From: the human T2T-CHM13v2.0 reference genome, Homo sapiens
Assembly (NCBI RefSeq): GCF_009914755.1
Contig: NC_060930.1
DNA: 64,000 nt
Reading direction: 5' to 3' (one strand)
Part shown: positions 31,421 to 47,072 of the stretch, piece after piece
Layout: the number at the start of each line of letters is the position of its first letter
Position numbering within the stretch: the stretch's first letter is position 1
Notes under the pieces: model-generated
The model's input: the letters and a program-made list of their open reading frames with translations, nothing else
Told to the model about the DNA's origin: nothing
The model's database searches: none
Translations under genes and position numbers: made by a program

Positions 31421-31964
31421 TTTAAGCTCATGATATAGTGATATAGTCCTATCTTTTGGACTATTGTTTTCATATATTGCACATAATTTGTAAGCCAGCA
31501 ATACAATGTTGTCATTTTTGTTTGAAGTCACAAAACTATGAAAACAATCTTAAAGAAATGAAAAGAAGGAAAAAAATTTACATTAACCATACCTTTCCCA
31601 TTTTCCATACTCTGTGGTTCTAGCTTATATATATTGCCCTCCTGCTTGAAAAATTTCCTTTAACATTTTTTTTTTGGTAGTGCAGAGCTGCTGGTGACAA
31701 ATTTTCTCAACTTCCCTTTATCTGAAAATGTCTTTAATCTACTTTCATTATTGAAGGATATTTTCCACATAGTTACAGAGGTGTGTGTTTTCTTCTTTGT
31801 TTAGCACTTTAAAGATGTGGCACCATTATTTTCTGGATTTCATTCATCCTTATGACAACATAGCCATTATTTGTTTCTTTGTTCTATATATATATATCTT
31901 TAATTCACTAGATGATTTCAAAAATTTTTTTATATCTGCCTTTTGACACTTATACCATGTATGA

Positions 31965-32190
31965 TAAAACTTTGGCCCGTAGACCAAATCTGACTCATGG
32001 CCTATATTTGTATGATCTGTAAGCAAAGGATGTTTTTACATTTGTAAAGGTTTGTTAAAAGGAGAAGTAGAAGAAGGGGAGAATGAAGAGAACTAGGAGG
32101 GGGGGGAAGAAGAGGAGGAAGAATGAAGAGAGTCTTTATATGGCTTATTTTACTATCTGGCCCTTTACAGAAAAGTTTTCCAACCTCAGA
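31965..32190. mobile_element. MER58-like hAT fragment
   Basis: ggcccgtagaccaaatctg...tactatctggccctttacagaaaagttttccaacc; ends approximate. Confidence 0.55.
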
Positions 32191-32557
32191 GTTAAATAAA
32201 CTATGATGTGTCTATGTTTGGCTTTCAAGCTTACCTTGCTTGATTCACAAAGCTTCTAGGAACTATAAATTGAGATTTTATTCCACATTTAGGAAATTTT
32301 AGGCTATTTTTTTTATTTTTACTTATTTTTTTTAGGCTTTTGTTTAAAACCTGTTTTTTGACCAGTGTTTTTCCTTCTCTTTCTAGGACTCCAGCTGCAT
32401 GTGTGCTAGGGCGTTCATTGTATCTGAGGCAGTGCTAAGTAATTTTTTTTCTTTCTCCGTTCTTTAGATTGGATCATTTCCATTCATCTGTCATTATACT
32501 TTGGTCTACATATAATGTATCTTTAATTTACTAGCTGATTTTAAAATATTCTCATTA

Positions 32558-32868
32558 GGCCGGGCACAGTGGTTCACCCCAGGAATCCCAGTACTTTGGA
32601 AGGCCGAAGCAGGCAAGTCGCTTGCGGTCAGGAGTTTAAGACCAACCTGGCCAACATGGTGAAACCCTGTCTCTATTAAAAATACAAAATTTAGCCAGGC
32701 ATGGTGGCAGGCACCTGTAATATCACCTACTCAGGAGACTGAGGCAGGAGAATAGCTTGAACCCAGGAAGTGAGGTTGCAGTGGGTCAAGCTTGCACCAG
32801 TGCACTTCAGCCTGGGCAAGAGAGCGAGACCCTATCTCAAAAATAAATACAAATAAATAAATAAATAA
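32558..32868 (+). mobile_element. Alu (AluS-like) with (AAAT)n tail
   Basis: Full dimer; TSD attctcatta at 32548-32557 and 32869-32878. Confidence 0.92.
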
Positions 32869-33283
32869 ATTCTCATTATATTTACTTTTAACAATAGTAT
32901 CATGTTTGAGAAAACTTTGGCCTGTAGACCAAATCCTGGCCTATGGCCAGATGACTACAAAAGTAGTCATTAGGTTGACTACTCTTCCTCCTATCATCTC
33001 TACCTGATGTTAAGCATATCCAGTGAATTATTAAATTGAGGTATTTTACTTTTCAGCTTTCTGGAGTTCTTATGTTCCTTACAGCTTCCATTTCTCTGAA
33101 ATACTCCATACCTTCACTCATTATAAACATTGTTTCCTTTATATTCTCGGACATATTTACAGAACTTACGTTGACTTCCTTGTATGCTAATTTCAATATC
33201 TGGGTCACCTCAGGATCTGCTTTTATCAACTTCTTTTTTTAATAAGGTCAACATTTTCCTGTTTCTTTCCTGTATATCTAATA

Positions 33284-33647
33284 CAGTAGTCCTCCTTTAT
33301 TCACAGAGGATATGTTCCAGGAACCCCAGTTGATACCTGAAATCACAGATAGTACCAAACCTATATATACTATGTTTTTTCTATCTGATACCTGTGATGG
33401 GACTAAGTGACTAACAGGAGGGTAGTGTCTATACAGCATAGATATGCTGGACAAGGGGATGATTCATATCCCTGGTGCGACAGAGCAAGATGGCCCGAGA
33501 TTTCACCACACTATTCAAAATGACATGCAAATTAAAACTTTTCAATTATTTATTTCTGGAGTTTTCCATTTAATATTTTCGAACTGTGGTTAACCATGAT
33601 AACTGAAACCTCAGACAGCAAAACTACAGATGAGGTGAGGACTACTG
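33284..33647. mobile_element. Tigger-derived MER44-like element
   Basis: TA|cagtagtcctc ... gaggactactg|TA terminal inverted repeats with TA duplication. Confidence 0.8.
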
Positions 33648-34781
33648 TAATTTATCATCTCTACAGGACATTTCGGAGAATACAATGCAGACACTGGTTT
33701 CTGTTATGTTCCTCTGAAGAGTTTGAATTGGTTCTAATTAGTAATAAACTTGCTGAGTGATCACCATGAAGTCATGAAAGTTTACTTTCATACTTTGTTA
33801 GGACAGATTAGTGGAAAACTCCAGGTATTCATCAAACATTTCTAATGTAGTTAACTTAAAGTCTGAATTCTCTTTACTTTATGGTTGGTAGCACCTGAAA
33901 ACTCTTCTCACCTTGTTCAGTTTCCAGCGGTTGCTTTCCACTGAATTTCCTAGAATCTCCTGAGTGAATATACAATAAAGGGATCAGTTAAGGCTGGGAA
34001 GGGTATTGTTATGCAAATTTTGTGAATTGCAGTTTAACAGCTAAAGAATTTATCTCTATGATGTTCATAAAATTATTGTCTTAAAATTTGATTTTAGATT
34101 TTTCCACTTAATGACATTTAATTTATATGTGTATATAAAATATGCCTTACCTATTCTGTGCACAGTCCCAACTTCATAATGGGGGAATGAATGAATGTAT
34201 CTTAAACAAATGATGATTTTGAAACTGACCTGTGAACTTAGTTAATTGAGATTCAGTGAGGTATATAAATAAGTCTAATTTTAACACTCTGATTTATAGT
34301 AGCAAACAAGTTTTCATTTGTAAATTAAGCCTAGATATATATACATATGAACTATATTGAATAGGTGGGCATTTCTTGGGCAAATAATTTAGTTTTTTTT
34401 TTTTTTCCTATTACATCTGGAAAATAAATCTTGTATATACAGTATATGAACACAGTGTAGTTTTGTTTAAGTAAACTAGCTTTGTTGATATACTATGTAT
34501 ACAAGATAAAAAGGAATAAAACATGAAAATATCAATAAGTATTGAATCTAAGTAACAAATATATAGGAATTTATTATTCTATTATCTTTACTTTTGTGTA
34601 AGCATGTAAAAGAACTGGATTTTAGAAATTATAAACATGTATTAAAGGTAATTCTTATAGTTTTCTCAATAATTTGCTGCTCTGTATTATTAAAACTACT
34701 TTGTCTATAAAAGTTTGCTGAAGTGAAAAATATTGCTGTTTCTATTACACTTCGTTAAATTCATTTTAATATTTTTGTTAG

Positions 34782-34881
34782 GTATCTCCAAATTATCCAA
34801 GGCCATGCCAGCCATGTCATTGCGATCCAATTGGTTCCTTAAATGAAGTCTGTGTCAAGGATGAGAAACATGCTCGACGAG
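34782..34881 (+). CDS. LAMA2: LAMA2 exon (probably 9); VSPNYPRPCQPCHCDPIGSLNEVCVKDEKHARR(G)
   Basis: ttgttag|GTATCT...GACGAG|gtgaga; 100 bp, phase 0-1; continues the frame. Confidence 0.95.
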
Positions 34882-36584
34882 GTGAGAGCTGCAGCAGAAT
34901 GTCACTGCTCTGATAAAAGGACAACTAAAAGCCAAATATGATTATTTTCAGAAGAATATTTTGCAGTAAATGTTATTCATGTAATAAATTTATTCTTTAA
35001 TCTATCAGTGTATTAGCGTTCCCTCCAGGAAGTAGTTTTTAAACTCATCTCAATAATTACTTTCATGTTTAATTATAATGTTTTCATAGCAAGAAGAGTT
35101 GAATTATGTATTTTGAGATACACACACACACATACACAGAGATAAAGAAAGAGAGAGAGTCAATCACAAATCTGTGGTATATGTAATTTTTTCATATCGT
35201 GTTATTTATTAGATTGTTTGTAGCTTCTATGAGTTCTAGCATGAAATGCCAGCGTTCACTGAGGAATGTGTGTGCTGTAGTGGGAAAAGCAAATAGAAGA
35301 ACTCACACACTGAGATGTAGGCAATAATATAGAAAGCAAGAAGTGTTCATAAAGGACTAAGAAGGTAGTAGTCATGAATTAATGAACAGAAAGAGGCTGA
35401 CACTAATTTAAGCTAAAGCCTTCCTTTGAGGAATGAAATTCATGAACTCCAAACATTAAGAAATCAAATGCCAACATAACTCCTTGATATAAAAGCGTTT
35501 GGGAGCTACTTCCAGGGCAGTTGCTCGCCAAGTTTAAGTAGGAAATTCATAGAATGCACTGGGACGCTTCTTCTCTAGAAAGACTAAAATTAATCAAGGC
35601 TACAATGTAGTGTTTTTTTCCCTAATGACTTTAGCGTTAAAAGACCAGCAATGTTTCTTAGGTACAATTCTTGTTACCTGCTTTCTTTATAAAACTGTAG
35701 GATTATCAATCTGAGCATTACATGTAGACTAAATTTTGAAATATTAAAAAACGGATACGTTTTGATAGTCGAATGATGAATTACTGAGCTCACTTTTCGT
35801 TTTAAGCCTTTTCTCTTTGTGTTTACAAGTAAATCACAATGTTGTTTTCATTAATATCATTTAACTCTTCCCTACCCCTTTTTGAGTAATGAGTATATGA
35901 TCACAGAATAAAAATGGAAAAGTAGAAAAATAAATATACAATTCAGTGGTAATTCAGGAGAGATACCACTATTAACATTTTCATATATTTCTGTCATAAT
36001 GCATACAAAAATTTCTGATATTGCTCCTCTTAACTTTATGTGATGAGTTTCCCCAAAAATCTATGAAAACTTTCTCTGAAGTCTGGCTTCAGCACCTAAA
36101 TAACACATTATTATATGGTCGTGCCATAATTATTTACCCTCTCAACTTTATATGGACATTAAGATTGTTTCAAATTTTTGTTTATTTTAACCAATCCTTT
36201 AATAATACTTATTCCATATAATTACTTTTCAATTATTGTAAAAACAATACATAGTAAAATAAATTCTTAATAGTAAAGAAATAAAATAATAAGTGTCCTC
36301 TTCAACCTATTTATCCCAGTCTTACTTCCAAATTTAAAAATATTGAGCCTTTTTTCCGATTCAGTTTTTATTTTTTTTAATTATACTTTAAGTTTTAGGG
36401 TACATGTGCACAATGTGCAGGTTAGTTACATATGTATACATGTGCCATGCTGGTGCACTGCACCCACTAACTCGTCATCTAGCATTAGGTATATCTCCCA
36501 ATGCTATCCCTCCCCCCTCCCCCCACCCCACAACAGTCCCCAGAGTGTGATATTCCCCTTCCTGTGTCCATGTGATAGCATTGT

Positions 36585-40421
<3,837 letters not shown>

Positions 40422-40484
40422 GATGATGTTAGCTGGTTATTTTGCTCGTTAGTTGATGCAGTTTCTTCCTAGCATCGATGGTCT

Positions 40485-41501
40485 TTACAATTTGGCATGC
40501 TTTTGCAGTGGCTGGTACTGGTTGTTCCTTTCCATGTTTAGTGCTTCCTTCAGGAGCTCTTTTAGGGCAGGACTGGTGGTGACAAAATCTCTCAGCATTT
40601 GCTTGTCTGTAAAGTATTTTATTTCTCCTTCGCTTATGAAGCTTAGTTTGGCTGGATATGAAATTCTGGGTTGAAAATTCTTTTCTTTAAGAATGTTGAA
40701 TATTGGCCCCCACTCTCTTCCGGCTTGTAGAGTTTCTGCCGAGCGATCTGCTGTTAGTCTGATGGGCTTCCCTTTGAGGGTAACCCGACCTTTCTCTCTG
40801 GCTGCCCTTAACATTTTTTCCTTCATTTCAGCTTTGGTGAATCTGACAATTATGTGTCTTGGAGTTGCTCTTCTCGAGGAGTATCTTTGTGGCGTTCTCT
40901 GTATTTCCTGAATCTGAACGTTGGCCTGCCTTGCTAGATTGGGGAAGTTCTCCTGGATAATATCCTGCAGAGTGTTTTCCAACTTGGTTCCATTCTCCCC
41001 ATCACTTTCAGGTACACCAATCAGACGTAGATTTGGTCTTTTCACATAGTCCCATATTTCTTGGAGGCTTTGCTCATTTCTTTTTATTCTTTTTTCTCTA
41101 AACTTCCCTTCTCACTTCATTTCATTCATTTCATCTTCCATTGCTGATACCCTTTCTTCCAGTTGATCGCATCGGCTCCTGAGGCTTCTGCATTCTTCAC
41201 GTAGTTCTCGAGCCTTGGTTTTCAGCTCCATCAGCTCCTTTAAGCACTTCTCTGTATTGGTTATTCTAGTTATACATTCTTCTACATTTTTTTCAAAGTT
41301 TTCAACTTCTTTGCCTTTGGTTTGAATGTCCTCCCGTAGCTCAGAGTAATTTGATCGTCTGAAGCCTTCTTCTCTCAGCTCGTCAAAGTCGTTCTCCATC
41401 CAGCTTTGTTCCGTTGCTGGTGAGGAACTGCGTTCCTTTGGAGGAGGAGAGGCACTCTGCTTTTTAGAGTTTCCAGTTTTTCTGTTCTGTTTTTTCCCCA
41501 T
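40485..41501 (-). pseudogene. L1 ORF1p, disrupted
   Basis: MGKKQNRKTGNSK...EMNEMK followed by TGA at 41112-41114; the same frame resumes (MKRPNLRLIGVPE...). Confidence 0.92.
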
Positions 41502-42403
41502 CTTTGTGGTTTTATCTACTTTTGGTCTTTGATGATGGTGATGTACAGATGGGTTTTTCGTGTGGATGTCCTTTCTGTTTGTTAGTTTTCCTTCTAACAG
41601 ACAGGAACCTCAGCTGCAGGTCTGTTGCAATACCCTGCCGTGTGAGGTGTCAGTGTGCCCCTGCTGGGGGGTGCCTCCCAGTTACGCTGCTCAGGGGTCA
41701 GGGGTCAGGGACCCACTTGAGGAGGCAGTCTGCCCGTTCTTAGATCTCCAGCTGCGTGCTGGGAGAACCACTGCTCTCTTCAAAGCTGTCAGAGGGACAT
41801 TTAAGTCTGCAGAGGTTACTGCTGTCTTTTTGTTTGTCTGTGCCCTGCCCCCAGAGGTGGAGCCTACAGAGGCAGGCAGGCCTCCTTGAGCTGTGGTGGG
41901 CTCCACCCAGTTGGAGCTTCCCAGCTGCTTTGTTTACCTAATCAAGCCTGGGCAATGGCGGCGCCCCTCCCCCAGCCTCGCTGCTGCCTTGCAGTTTGAT
42001 CTCAGACTGCTGTGCTAGCAATCAGCGAGACTCCATGGGCGTAGGACCCTCCAAGCCAGGTGCAGGATATAATCTCATGGTTCACCGTTTTTTAAGCCCG
42101 TCGGAAAAGCGCAGTATTCCGGTGGGAGTGACCCGATTTTCCAGGTGCCGTCCGTCACCCCTTTCTGTGACTCGGAAAGGGAACTCCCTGACCCCTTGCG
42201 CTTCCCAAGTGAGGCAATGCCTCGCCCTGCTTCGGCTCGCGCAGGGTGCGCGCACCCACTGACCTGCGCCCACTGTCTGGCATTCCCTAGTGAGATGAAC
42301 CCGGTACCTCAGATGGAAATGCAGAAATCACCGTCTTCTGCGTCGCTCACGCTGGGAGCTGTAGACCGGAGCTGTTCCTATTGGGCCATGTTGGCTCCTC
42401 TCC
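41502..42403. promoter_or_regulatory. L1 5'UTR with internal sense promoter (toward lower coordinates) and antisense promoter/ORF0 region (co-directional with LAMA2)
   Basis: CpG-rich L1 5'UTR; ORF0-like peptide (ISDCCASNQRDS...) in ORF 41996..42262. Promoter activity is inferred from family knowledge only. Confidence 0.6.
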
Positions 42404-43690
42404 CCGATTCAGTTTTTTAGTGAGTTACCTTTAGTATCTAAATAATATTCTTATCAGTACTTTTATCACCATTACATATTGCCTATTGACTCTCCGTCTT
42501 GAAAGGTGAAGAAATGTATCATTCACAACACCTCCCTCCTTCATTCCACCATCCATACATTTTTATTATGTGTTTCTTCTACGATATCTTTATCATGTTC
42601 AAGAGAGCTTACATGTCTATTTCATCAATGACTACATTTAGACTTTCTCTTGAGGTCCTACTATATAAGATGTGATAAAGACTATCATCCCTACATTCTT
42701 CACCACTTGTCAGTGTCTGTCAATTACATATCTTTGAAATCTTTTCAAAGATTTTCACAGTTACATTCAGCTCTGGACCAATAATTAATGCTTATAATTC
42801 AAAAATAGAAATATAATAATCAAGATTGTAATACTGTAATTAGATACATATTATTTGATACAGGCTCGAATTGCAAAATTGGACACATATTTGTAGGTCA
42901 TTTTTATCTTCATGCTTGCTCTGATAACTTATTTAGGAAAGAGTGTAAGATGTGGTCTCATGGTTTGCACTTCTTCATCAGATTACATAACCAGATAGTA
43001 GAAAAGGATATTTTAGTGTATTACTGGCATTCATTTGATTACGAGGGAAATACGATGTATTTCTTCTCTGATTTTTCTTTTAGTTTTCTTCATTTTCTTT
43101 TAGTAGAAGGAAGTTTTCTCCCTTGTAGATTTGTAAGAGCACTTTAAATATTAAAAACAGTGATAGTATATCATTTTTTAATAATCAGTTTTCAGATTTG
43201 CTTTGTGTCTCACTACTGTTGATAATTTCTAGTGCACAAACTTCAAAAATTTTATGTAATCAGCTGTCAAAGTTCAGGTAAAATTCTTTACTTATAATAA
43301 TGATACCAACCCATGATTATTATATATTTTGATTTTTTTGTGTATTTCTTACATGCTTTATAATCCTAGAACTCTCATCTATCCCAAGATTAGAAAAATG
43401 TATTTGTTTTCTTCATTTGTATGATTTCATTTTATAATACTTAATTTTTTATTCCATCTAGAATTTATTTTGTTATATTTCATAAGGAAATTTTCAAACT
43501 ACATTTTGTTTTCCAATACTCTTTTTTACTCATCTACATTTAATATTACTTTCAGCTCTTTAGACATATTAAATATATTTATTTTATTTTCGGAATCTGT
43601 TAGAAGCACTCTGTTATTGAGTCTGAGTCTGCATTTTTATTTCTCTTCTAACTCTTATTCATATGGACTTCATTTTCTTATGTTTCGTAA

Positions 43691-43722
43691 GTGTGTGTGT
43701 GTGTGTGTGTGTATGTGTGTGT
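43691..43722. repeat. (GT)n microsatellite
   Basis: Direct reading; a (CTAC)n/(CTAT)n run also lies at ~44028-44064. Confidence 0.9.
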
Positions 43723-44797
43723 TTTGTGGATGTATGCGTGCATATGTATTTCTTAGTTTATTCTTTCAGAAGCCTTGAATTTACATGAAGTTATGTGATA
43801 ATGACCTACCTTATATAGGACCTAGAATTTTTTGTTGTTCTTCTGTAAAACCATGCTCCCTGAACTGTAGTCTAGTCATCAGAATTTGCCAGTCAACTCC
43901 AGGAAAGACATTGTTTTAAAGAATGACGTAAGCTTTCTAGAAGTCAATTTTGTAGTTTCTCATCTCCAAGGGGTTTCTTTATTTCTTGCCAGCGCAACGA
44001 TTCTGTTATCTGCCATCTGTCTTTCGATCTATCTACCTACCTACCTACCTACCTACCTATCTATTTTTCTACGTTTAATTTTATTCTGTATCTTCAACTG
44101 TTCTGAACAGGAGGGGTTTTTTGGACATCTAGTCTACAATACTTCCAGAAATAAAAGTTAAGATAGACATTGTTTAATACATGAAGTACTTCTACATTTA
44201 GCCTCAATTTCTGGAAATTTTAACATCAGAAATAATGTTAAACTATTTAATGCCTTTGCAAACTTTATTAAAATTATCAGATTTATTTCCCATTTGGTCT
44301 ATTGGGTAATCTATTAGAAACGAACTTACTAATATCAAACAATATTTATTTTACCAGAGTATGTTCTACTTGGACATCATAGAGGATCCTTTTAATGTAC
44401 TTTAGGATTCAGTTTGGTGTTTTGCTCATCTGGATTCATAAGTTAATTGCCTGTGACTCAGACACCCACCAGTTGTGCTCCTTTGGCAAATCACTTAATT
44501 TCTCCATGCCTTAGTTACCTCATCTGTGAAACAGGAAAAATAATAGTGTCTATCTCATATAGATGTTTTGAGTACTAACTGAATTAACCCCTGTGTTTTG
44601 TGTAATGCTAAGTATAATGACTACCATAAGATAAGTGCTATTTGAGTCTTAGAAGTTTTGTTTATTTGGGGTTATCATTTGCATTTGGGTATCAAGTTAG
44701 AATTTGCTTCATAAATTGAATTACATAGCTCTCCATTTTTATATGACCATAAGAGTTTCAAGTTTTGAAAACAGTCTGTAAAAATTAACTAGCATTA

Positions 44798-45052
44798 CAG
44801 AAAACCAAACACCGCATGTTCTTACTCGTAAGTGGGAGTTGAACAATGAGAACACATGAACACAGACAGGGGAACATCACATGCCAGGGCCTGTCAGTGG
44901 GTGGGGGTCTAGGGGAGGAACAGCATTAGGAGAAATACCTAATGTAGATGACAGGTCGATGGCTGCAGCAAACCACCATGGCACGTGCATACCTATGTGA
45001 CAAACCTGGATGTTCTGCACATGTATTCCAGAACTTAAAGTATAATAATAAA
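44798..45052 (+). mobile_element. Short 5'-truncated L1PA 3' end
   Basis: L1 3'UTR + A-tail; 18-bp TSD aaaaattaacta(g/t)catta at 44780-44797 and 45053-45070. Confidence 0.88.
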
Positions 45053-46911
45053 AAAAATTAACTATCATTAAAACATGTTTGTGGTAGTTCTTTGATAATT
45101 TGTCCTCTTTTGATACCCTTGATTAGCTTTGTTTACCGTTTCCTTTTGCTTGCTTTTCTTTTTTTCAAATCTCTTTACTTCCTGTGGTGTTTATATTTTC
45201 TCTTTTTTATACTTAAATGAATTAAATTTTAATTTATCTATTTTTAAAATAATGGACTATTTAAGCCTATAAGTTTACTTTTGGGTACAGTTTTTCCATA
45301 CTCAACAAAAATTAAGTTCCTTTTTTACTGCTATTATATTCTACCTAGATAGCTATTTATTTTTAATTGAAGTCTTGATTTTCTCTTTAACCCAAGAGTT
45401 ATTAAAGAGAAATATTTAGGCATTAATTTTTAGAACAGTTGAATTTTGCATAAAATTCTCTCATCATGTTTGATATTCAGAACTAATTTAATCTTAATTT
45501 TTGTGGCATTTGATACACATCTAAAAGTAGTAATTTATGTTAAGAAAATAAGCCTTAGATAATTTCTGCTTTGATAATTGAGTATTTTTTATAGTCAATC
45601 ACAAACTATGGTAAATATTTAGTTATATACCACATAATATGTAATTTGATATTATTAGATTATTCAAATTTTCTGTTTTTTCTTACTTCATCTGTAAATA
45701 CTTAAGATGAGTAAGTTAGCATCATTTTCAGCCATTGACTTTTAAAGTTTTTATTTCCAATATATTTTGTTGTCCACATATTTTTGTACTGATAATTAGT
45801 GCTTATTTGAAGCATAAACATAATAATTTAAATCATGTTTTTATTATATTTTTATCAATGTAAAATGAGAGCTTGCCTTACTGAACCTAGTTTATTTGAG
45901 TTCTACTTTGGCCCTATTTAATATTTCACAACTTTTTTTTCTTTTCCATACGCTTTCTTGACACACATTCATTTTCTTTTACTTGTAATATTTTATTTGC
46001 AATATTCCTGTTCATTTTGTTTATCTCTTGTGCACATTACATGTTTATGTTTTTAATAAGAACAGTAAGACTGCTTAACTCATTAGTATGTATTTAGTAT
46101 GCATTTCTGACACTAATTCTGTCATTCTGCTTTTTGCTTTCTCTCCCTAATGTTTCCTTGCCTTTTTTTCCCTCCTCCTTTCTTCTTTCTGATGGACTAT
46201 ATATATTACTGATTTGCTTTTATCTTTCTCCAGATTTTGAAGGTCTGTTAGTTGTATTCATTCATCCTGTATTATTTCTATTTTTTAATCAAAGACATGA
46301 ATAAACATTGTGTTTTGTATTTCTGTATGTTAAAAAAGTAAATTTAAACTTTTCATTCCCCTCATCTATTGCTTCTTATCCCCAAAATATCAATTCCAAT
46401 GAACACCTTTATTTTCTTTAGTAATACTGCCAGTGGCATGTTCTTAGAGTATCATTGTTAAACTGTTATTTTAAGTAATATGTCTTTATTCCCAAGGCTA
46501 CTTTGCACCTGTAATAGTCTGGTGGAGCAGGCTTGTTCCGTGAGCCACTAGTTTTGCATTTGTTACTGCTTATTCTTCTCAATGTAGCATCATCAGCATT
46601 AGCGTTTGTGGAAATTTCTCCTTGGTCATTGTTTTCTATAGCCATAGTTTGGTAGATGCTTTGAGATTTCATCTTTCTTGTTTACATTTTTAATATTTCT
46701 ATTGACACTTAGAAGATGCTATGTTCACGTAATCATAGAAAGCTTTTAATTAAACCCTCTACTCTTTGGTTTTAACTTTTCTTTATTGATATATATAAAA
46801 AATCTATTTTTGTGTCAAAATAGCATTTTAAAGGTTACTGTCATTAAAACTTTAACAACTAAATTATGTACTTGTTTTAGAAATGTTGATATGTGGCTCA
46901 TCTTTCTTTAG

Positions 46912-47072
46912 GTTTGGCACCTGGATCCTGTCATTGCAAAACTGGTTTTGGAGGTGTGAGCTGTGATCGGTGTGCCAGGGGCTACACTGGCTACCCGGAC
47001 TGCAAAGCCTGTAACTGCAGTGGGTTAGGGAGCAAAAATGAGGATCCTTGTTTTGGCCCCTGTATCTGCAAG
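46912..47072 (+). CDS. LAMA2: LAMA2 exon (probably 10); (G)LAPGSCHCKTGFGGVSCDRCARGYTGYPDCKACNCSGLGSKNEDPCFGPCICK
   Basis: tctttag|GTTTGG...TGCAAG|gtacat; 161 bp, phase 1-0; contained in ORF 46893..47093. Confidence 0.96.
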
